DNA of 58,294 nucleotides from Acidimicrobiia bacterium (lineage in GTDB: Bacteria > Actinomycetota > Acidimicrobiia > IMCC26256 > JACDBD01). The DNA lies in NCBI GenBank assembly GCA_036498645.1, contig DASYFC010000201.1:1-58294 (forward strand), in the 5' to 3' direction. The notes below the pieces were generated by a model. It was given only the letters and a program-made list of their open reading frames with translations, had not been told where the DNA came from and did not search any database. The first letter of the stretch is position 1. Every line of letters starts with the position of its first letter. The position numbers and the translations under genes are program-made. Below, piece after piece: positions 53,771-58,294 of this stretch.

Positions 53771-55795
53771 GTGAGCGAAAACAAGCGGTTCACCTATCAG
53801 CCCGCCCTCGATGGGCTCCGCGCGTTCGCGGTTCTTTCCGTGTTCGCGTATCACCTCGACGCGGGATGGGCGCGCGGCGGATTCCTCGGCGTCGACACGT
53901 TCTTCGTCCTCTCCGGTTTCCTGATCACGTCGCTGCTCGTCGGCGAATGGGCGCGACACGGCGGCATCAGCTTCGCCGGGTTCTGGGCGCGGCGGGCGCG
54001 GCGCTTGCTCCCCGCGCTGCTGCTCGTGCTCCTCGCCGTCGCTGCTTTCGCAATCCTCTACGCGCCGGCCGAGCAGCTCGACCGCCTGCGCGGCGACGGC
54101 CTGGCCACGCTCTTCTACGGCGCGAACTGGCGGTTCATCTCGTCCGGTCAGTCGTACTTCGACCTGTTCACGGAAGCGTCGCCACTGCGACACATGTGGT
54201 CGCTCGCGATCGAAGAGCAGTTCTATCTCGTGTGGCCGCTCATCACGTTCGCGTGCCTGCGCGTCGCGCGTGGACGGCACTGGCTCCTGGGCCTCGTCTG
54301 CGGGGCCGGCGCGGGAGCCTCGATCGCGACGATGGCCGTGCTCTACGACCGGAGCGACCCGTCACGCGCGTACTACGGCACCGACAGCCGAGCGCACCTG
54401 CTGCTCATCGGGGCCGGCCTCGCCATCATCCTCGCCCGGTGGGCTCCTTCGCGCGGGGCACCGCGCGCGACCGTGAACGCACTCGGTTTGGCGGGCGCCG
54501 TCGCGTGCCTCGCGTTCTGGGCATTCGTCCCCGACACGGCGCCGTGGATGTACCGCGGCGGGTACGCGGTGTTCGGCGTCTGTGTCGCCGCCGTCATCAC
54601 GTCGGCGGTGCAGCCCGGCCGGTTCGCGTTGCGATCGTTCCTCTCACTCCCCCCACTCGTGTGGATCGGGCGTATCTCGTACGGCCTGTACCTGTGGCAC
54701 TGGCCCGTGATCGTCATTGCCTCGCCGGCGCGGACGGGTCTCGACGGGGCGCAGCTCACGGTCGTGCGCGTCGGAGTGACGTTCGCGCTCGCCACCGCCT
54801 CCTTCTACCTCGTCGAGCAGCCGATTCGGCGGGGGGTGCTGCGCGGACGGTGGGCGATGGCCGTGTCGCCGTCGGCGTTCGTCGCGACGGGGGTCGTTGT
54901 CCTGGTCGCCACCGCCGGCGCCGCGCCGCTGCCGAAGTACCTCCAGGGCGGCCCCAACCAGCTCACCTCGCGCGCCCAGCAGCTCCCGTCGCCCCAGAAC
55001 CAACCGGCGCCGCCCCCCCAGGCTGTCGCCGCTCCCGCCGGTGCCCCGGCCACTCCGCCGCCGCGGCGCATCATGCTCGTCGGCGACTCGCTGGCCGAGA
55101 GCCTGCTCGACGCGCTCAAGGCCGCTGCCGCCGAGCAGGGTGCGGAGCTGTACCCGGCGTCCGTGCCGGGCTGCGGCATTCTCGGCGGCCAGCCCGTCGA
55201 CCTCAGCGGCGCGCCGTTCAAGTGGTCGGCCACGTGCGAACGAGAGATCCCGAAGTACCAGACCACGCGCCTGGCGCAGATCCATCCGGACGTCGTGATC
55301 TGGCTGAGCGGTTGGGACCGCGACGACCGCCTCGTCGACGGCCAACGCGTCAGCATCAGCACGTTGTCGGGACGCGCGATGTTCTCCCAGCTCATCGACG
55401 AGTCGGCCACGCGCCTCACCTCGACCGGCGCCCGGTTGGTGATGATGACCGTCGCCCCGAGTGCTCCGAGCGACCTGGCGCCCGACCCGCCGCCTGACCC
55501 GACCTTCGAGCTCATGAACCGCCTGCTGCGCGAGTACGCACGCACACACACCGATCGGGTCTCGGTGGTCGACCTGGCCGGGATGCTGTGCCCGTCGGGC
55601 CGTCAACCGTGCCCGGAGCAAGTCTCCGGTGTGCAACCGCGGCACCGGGACGGGAACCACTTCGAGCCCGACGGCGCCGACTGGGTCGCTCACCAGCTCA
55701 TGCCGCAGGTGATGGCGGCCACACCGGGGTCCGGGGTCGACGCGGCCACGGACGCGCAGACGACCGCGAACGCGTCAGTGGGCAAACACGCTTGA
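53771..55795 (+). CDS. Acyltransferase-3 family membrane protein fused to an SGNH domain (OafA-like)
   Basis: GTG at 53771 follows GGGGGGA; ATG at 53729 is the alternative. ALDGLRAFAVLSVFAYH, about 10 TM helices, a Pro-rich linker, and the SGNH block IMLVGDSLAES. Confidence 0.85.
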   Translation: MSENKRFTYQPALDGLRAFAVLSVFAYHLDAGWARGGFLGVDTFFVLSGFLITSLLVGEWARHGGISFAGFWARRARRLLPALLLVLLAVAAFAILYAPAEQLDRLRGDGLATLFYGANWRFISSGQSYFDLFTEASPLRHMWSLAIEEQFYLVWPLITFACLRVARGRHWLLGLVCGAGAGASIATMAVLYDRSDPSRAYYGTDSRAHLLLIGAGLAIILARWAPSRGAPRATVNALGLAGAVACLAFWAFVPDTAPWMYRGGYAVFGVCVAAVITSAVQPGRFALRSFLSLPPLVWIGRISYGLYLWHWPVIVIASPARTGLDGAQLTVVRVGVTFALATASFYLVEQPIRRGVLRGRWAMAVSPSAFVATGVVVLVATAGAAPLPKYLQGGPNQLTSRAQQLPSPQNQPAPPPQAVAAPAGAPATPPPRRIMLVGDSLAESLLDALKAAAAEQGAELYPASVPGCGILGGQPVDLSGAPFKWSATCEREIPKYQTTRLAQIHPDVVIWLSGWDRDDRLVDGQRVSISTLSGRAMFSQLIDESATRLTSTGARLVMMTVAPSAPSDLAPDPPPDPTFELMNRLLREYARTHTDRVSVVDLAGMLCPSGRQPCPEQVSGVQPRHRDGNHFEPDGADWVAHQLMPQVMAATPGSGVDAATDAQTTANASVGKHA

Positions 55796-55818
55796 CCTGC
55801 CGGGCCCGCGTGGTGCCG

Positions 55819-56049
55819 TCAGGCCTGTGCGCGCACCACGGCCTGCATCGGCGCGAGGCCGTGACGCTCGAGGAGTGACTGCCGGCGCTCGACGATCGCC
55901 TGCCATTCGGCGAACTCGTGGTCGTAGTGAGCTCGATCGCCGTCCTCGTAGGCGTGTTCGAGCTCGTCGAAGGCGGTGTCCTCGGCATCCAGGAGCTGCC
56001 GGTACCGCTGCAGGAACCCTTCGTCGACCACCCCGTTCGCCTCGGTCAT
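55819..56049 (-). CDS. Hypothetical acidic protein (76 aa)
   Basis: MTEANGVVDEGFLQRYRQLLDAEDTAFDELEHAYEDGD... High GC3. Lies immediately downstream of hisA. Confidence 0.4.
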   Translation of the reverse strand: MTEANGVVDEGFLQRYRQLLDAEDTAFDELEHAYEDGDRAHYDHEFAEWQAIVERRQSLLERHGLAPMQAVVRAQA

Positions 56050-56121
56050 GCGACCCCCTTCGCGCCATGCGGCGCCGGCCGACGCCGTCCTGGCCGACCG
56101 TACCCCGCCTCGGCCGCCGGG

Positions 56122-56856
56122 TCAGCTGACGGCGGCGAGTGCCTCGTCGACCCCGAACCGGCCCTCGTAGATCGCCCGGCCGACGATCGCGCCGGCCAGC
56201 GACCGGTCCCCCGCGCGCAGGCCGCGCAGCGCGACGAGGTCCTCGAGCGAGCCGACGCCACCGCTGGCGATCACCGGCAGGGTGGTCGTCTCCAGCACGG
56301 CGCCGAGCTGGCCGAGGTCGGGGCCGGTCATGGTGCCGTCGCGGCCGATCTCGGTGACGACGAGCGCCGATGCCCCGCTCGTCTCGAGGTGGCCGGCGAC
56401 GTCGAGGAGGTCCTCGCCGGTCGAGTCGATCCAACCGCGCACGGCGACCTCGCGGCCCCGGGCGTCGAGCCCGACGGCAACCTTTCCGGGGTGCAGCGTC
56501 GCGAGCTCTCCCACGAGCTCCGGCCGCTCGATCGCACCCGTACCCACCACCACCCGCGCCGCGCCTGCCGCGAGGAGGTCGCCGCCGGCTGCGAGGCTCC
56601 GGACGCCTCCGCTGGCCTGCACCCGGCACGGGACCGCGGCACAGATCGCCTCGACGACGCCGAGGTTGACGCGCTCGCCGGTGCGGGCAGCGTCGAGGTC
56701 GACGACGTGGATCCACTGCGCGCCCGCGTCGGCGAAGACGTGCGCCACGCGCACCGCGTCGTCGCCGTAGACCGTCTCGGCGGCGAAATCGCCTCGATGC
56801 AGCCGCACGACCTGCCCGGCGCGCAGATCGATCGAGGGATACAGGTCGAAGGGCAC
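56122..56856 (-). CDS. hisA: ProFAR isomerase HisA (HisA-like rather than clearly PriA-like)
   Basis: 244 aa. LYPSIDLRAGQVVRLHRGDF, HVVDLDAA and VIASGGVGSLEDL. Confidence 0.92.
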   Translation of the reverse strand: MPFDLYPSIDLRAGQVVRLHRGDFAAETVYGDDAVRVAHVFADAGAQWIHVVDLDAARTGERVNLGVVEAICAAVPCRVQASGGVRSLAAGGDLLAAGAARVVVGTGAIERPELVGELATLHPGKVAVGLDARGREVAVRGWIDSTGEDLLDVAGHLETSGASALVVTEIGRDGTMTGPDLGQLGAVLETTTLPVIASGGVGSLEDLVALRGLRAGDRSLAGAIVGRAIYEGRFGVDEALAAVS

Positions 56857-56860
56857 CCGC

Positions 56861-57442
56861 CTACAGCGCGCCCTTCGTCGACGGGACGCCGGTGCCTTCG
56901 ATCTTCACCGCGTCCCGCAGGCTGCGGGCTACGCCCTTGAACGACGCCTCGATGATGTGGTGGCCGTTCTTGCCCGAGAGCGAGCGCATGTGCAACGTGA
57001 TCCCGGCCGCGAACGCGAAGGCGCGCCAGAACTCCTCCGCGAGCTGCGGATCGAATGTCCCGATCCACTCGGATCTCGGGTCGACCTCGTAGACGAGGAA
57101 CGGCCGCCCGGACAGGTCCAGCGCGACCTGGACGAGCGCCTCGTCGAGTGGCACGACCGCGCTGGCGAATCGGCGCACGCCCGCTTTGTCGCCGAGCGCC
57201 TCCTTGAACGCCGTGCCGAGCACGATGCCGACGTCCTCGATCGTGTGGTGCGTGTCGATCTCCAGGTCGCCCTCTGCCTCGATGCGCAGGTCCCAGCCGC
57301 CGTGCTTCCCCAGCTGCTCGAGCATGTGGTCGAAGAACGGGATCCCCGTCGACGCGCTCGCGTGCCCCGCGCCGTCGACGTCGAGCGCGAGCTCGATCTT
57401 GGTCTCCTTCGTCTCGCGGTGCTGCTGCGACGACCGGCTCAT
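56861..57442 (-). CDS. hisB: Imidazoleglycerol-phosphate dehydratase
   Basis: The ATG at 57442 overlaps the hisC stop (ATGA). TKETKIELALDVDG, DTHHTIEDVGI and GKNGHHIIEASFK. Confidence 0.95.
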   Translation of the reverse strand: MSRSSQQHRETKETKIELALDVDGAGHASASTGIPFFDHMLEQLGKHGGWDLRIEAEGDLEIDTHHTIEDVGIVLGTAFKEALGDKAGVRRFASAVVPLDEALVQVALDLSGRPFLVYEVDPRSEWIGTFDPQLAEEFWRAFAFAAGITLHMRSLSGKNGHHIIEASFKGVARSLRDAVKIEGTGVPSTKGAL

Positions 57443-58294
57443 GCGACCCTCACCTCTTCGACAGCCTCGCGCAGCGCGGCGAGGAAGGCGTCGTTCTCCT
57501 CGGGTGTGCCGACGGTGACCCGCAGACTCCCGGCCAATCGGGGCCAACCCGAGAAGTCACGCACGAGGACACCGCGGTCGACGAGCCGCTGCCAGAGCGC
57601 GTGCCCGTCGCCGTGGACGCGGAGCAGCACGAAGTTGGCTCCCGACGGGAACACGGTGATCCCGTCGACCTTCTCCAGCTCGGCTTGGAGCCGCTCGCGC
57701 TCGCGGATCAGGAGCGCGACGCGCTCGTCCATCTCGCCGCCGTACCGCAGAGCGAGCACACCGGCGAGCTGGGTCGGCGCCGCCAGGTGATAGGGCAGCA
57801 CGACCTTCTCGAGCTCCTCGACCACCCACGGCGGCGCGACGCAGAAGCCGAGGCGGAGCGCCGCCATCGACCAGACCTTCGAGTACGTGCGCGCGACGAC
57901 CAGCGGGCGCTCGTCGGCGACGAGCCAGATCGCGCTGCGCTCGGCGAACTCGCCGTACGCCTCGTCGACGACCACCAGTCCATCGGTCGAGTCGAGCAGC
58001 GCCTCGACGGTGTCCACCGGCTCGACGGTGCCGGTGGGGTTGTTGGGGCTGCACAGGAACACGAGCGCGGGCCGGTGCTCGGCGAGGAGCGCACGAGCGG
58101 CCCCGGGGTCGACGGTGAAGTCGGTGGTGCGCTCGCCCACGACCACCGTGGTACCGGTGATGCGGGCGATGTGCGAATGCAGCGCGTACGTCGGCTCGAA
58201 CACCGCGGCCGTCCGCCCCGCCCCGCCGAACGTGAGGAGCAGCGTCTGGAGTACCTCGTTCGAGCCGTTGGCGCAGAACAGGCGGTCGACCGGT
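57439..58294 (-). CDS. hisC: Histidinol-phosphate aminotransferase (5' end beyond the window)
   Basis: The reading frame stays open to the right edge. CSPNNPTGTV and the PLP-Lys block RTYSKVWSMAALRLG. Confidence 0.9.
   Translation of the reverse strand, partial: PVDRLFCANGSNEVLQTLLLTFGGAGRTAAVFEPTYALHSHIARITGTTVVVGERTTDFTVDPGAARALLAEHRPALVFLCSPNNPTGTVEPVDTVEALLDSTDGLVVVDEAYGEFAERSAIWLVADERPLVVARTYSKVWSMAALRLGFCVAPPWVVEELEKVVLPYHLAAPTQLAGVLALRYGGEMDERVALLIRERERLQAELEKVDGITVFPSGANFVLLRVHGDGHALWQRLVDRGVLVRDFSGWPRLAGSLRVTVGTPEENDAFLAALREAVEEVRVA

Noticed and set aside
1-58294. Search for CRISPR arrays, rRNA genes, IS elements and long tandem repeats
   Set aside because: Reading both strands showed no regularly spaced direct repeats, no transposase- or integrase-like ORFs and no rRNA-like segments. 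The window is essentially all core metabolism and information-processing genes.

Overview
The window is a 58.3 kb, roughly 70% GC stretch of bacterial chromosome, densely packed with housekeeping genes. I saw no rRNA, CRISPR array, transposase, integrase or phage genes.

The gene order looks actinobacterial, which is an inference from synteny only: pdtaR-polA-rpsA-coaE-uvrB...uvrA, a FAS-II operon carrying an accD6-type carboxyltransferase and an InhA-type enoyl reductase, and hisC-hisB-hisA...hisI-trpE...trpC...trpB-trpA.

**Main blocks**
- Partial GT87-like membrane protein, then nadA.
- Methyltransferase, an XRE/nucleotidyltransferase pair, then uvrA, mscL and uvrB.
- A three-gene operon of unclear function: ACAD-fold flavoenzyme, leaderless PhnD/SsuA-like binding protein, and a TusA-like + di-iron fusion.
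- coaE, rpsA, methyltransferase, a small XRE islet, polA.
- pdtaR, an acyl-CoA dehydrogenase, tRNA-Leu(CAA).
- A complete FAS-II cluster: fabZ divergent from fabD, a lysine-free BCCP-like gene, fabH, fabG, acpP, fabF, accD6-like and fabI.
- Secreted PTP-like phytase, bcp, MFS transporter, hydrolases, and an ECF sigma/anti-sigma pair.
- An expanded trp/his supercluster: trpA, trpB, Erm-like methyltransferase, aldo-keto reductase, trpF, trpB2, trpC, a GH1 + two-component insert, YgfZ-like protein, trpE and hisI.
- Oligopeptidase B, thioesterase, hydrolase, VOC protein, OafA-like acyltransferase, then hisA, hisB and partial hisC.

**Most interesting observations**
1. A tandem bulged stem-loop leader carrying ACAACCCC directly upstream of nadA. 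It resembles the class-I NAD+ (nadA-motif) riboswitch.
2. The ACAD-fold / leaderless binding protein / Cys-less TusA + di-iron operon.
3. trpF and trpB2 sitting beside canonical trpB-trpA, together with a HisA-like isomerase.
4. An Erm-like rRNA methyltransferase inside the trp cluster, with a Shine-Dalgarno (SD)-preceded short ORF overlapping its start.
5. A lysine-free biotinyl-domain-like protein inside the FAS-II operon.

**Limits**
All family assignments come from motif recognition by eye. No database search, covariance model or structure prediction was run. Start codons were chosen by arithmetic on the ORF track, which renders GTG starts as M, and many remain uncertain.
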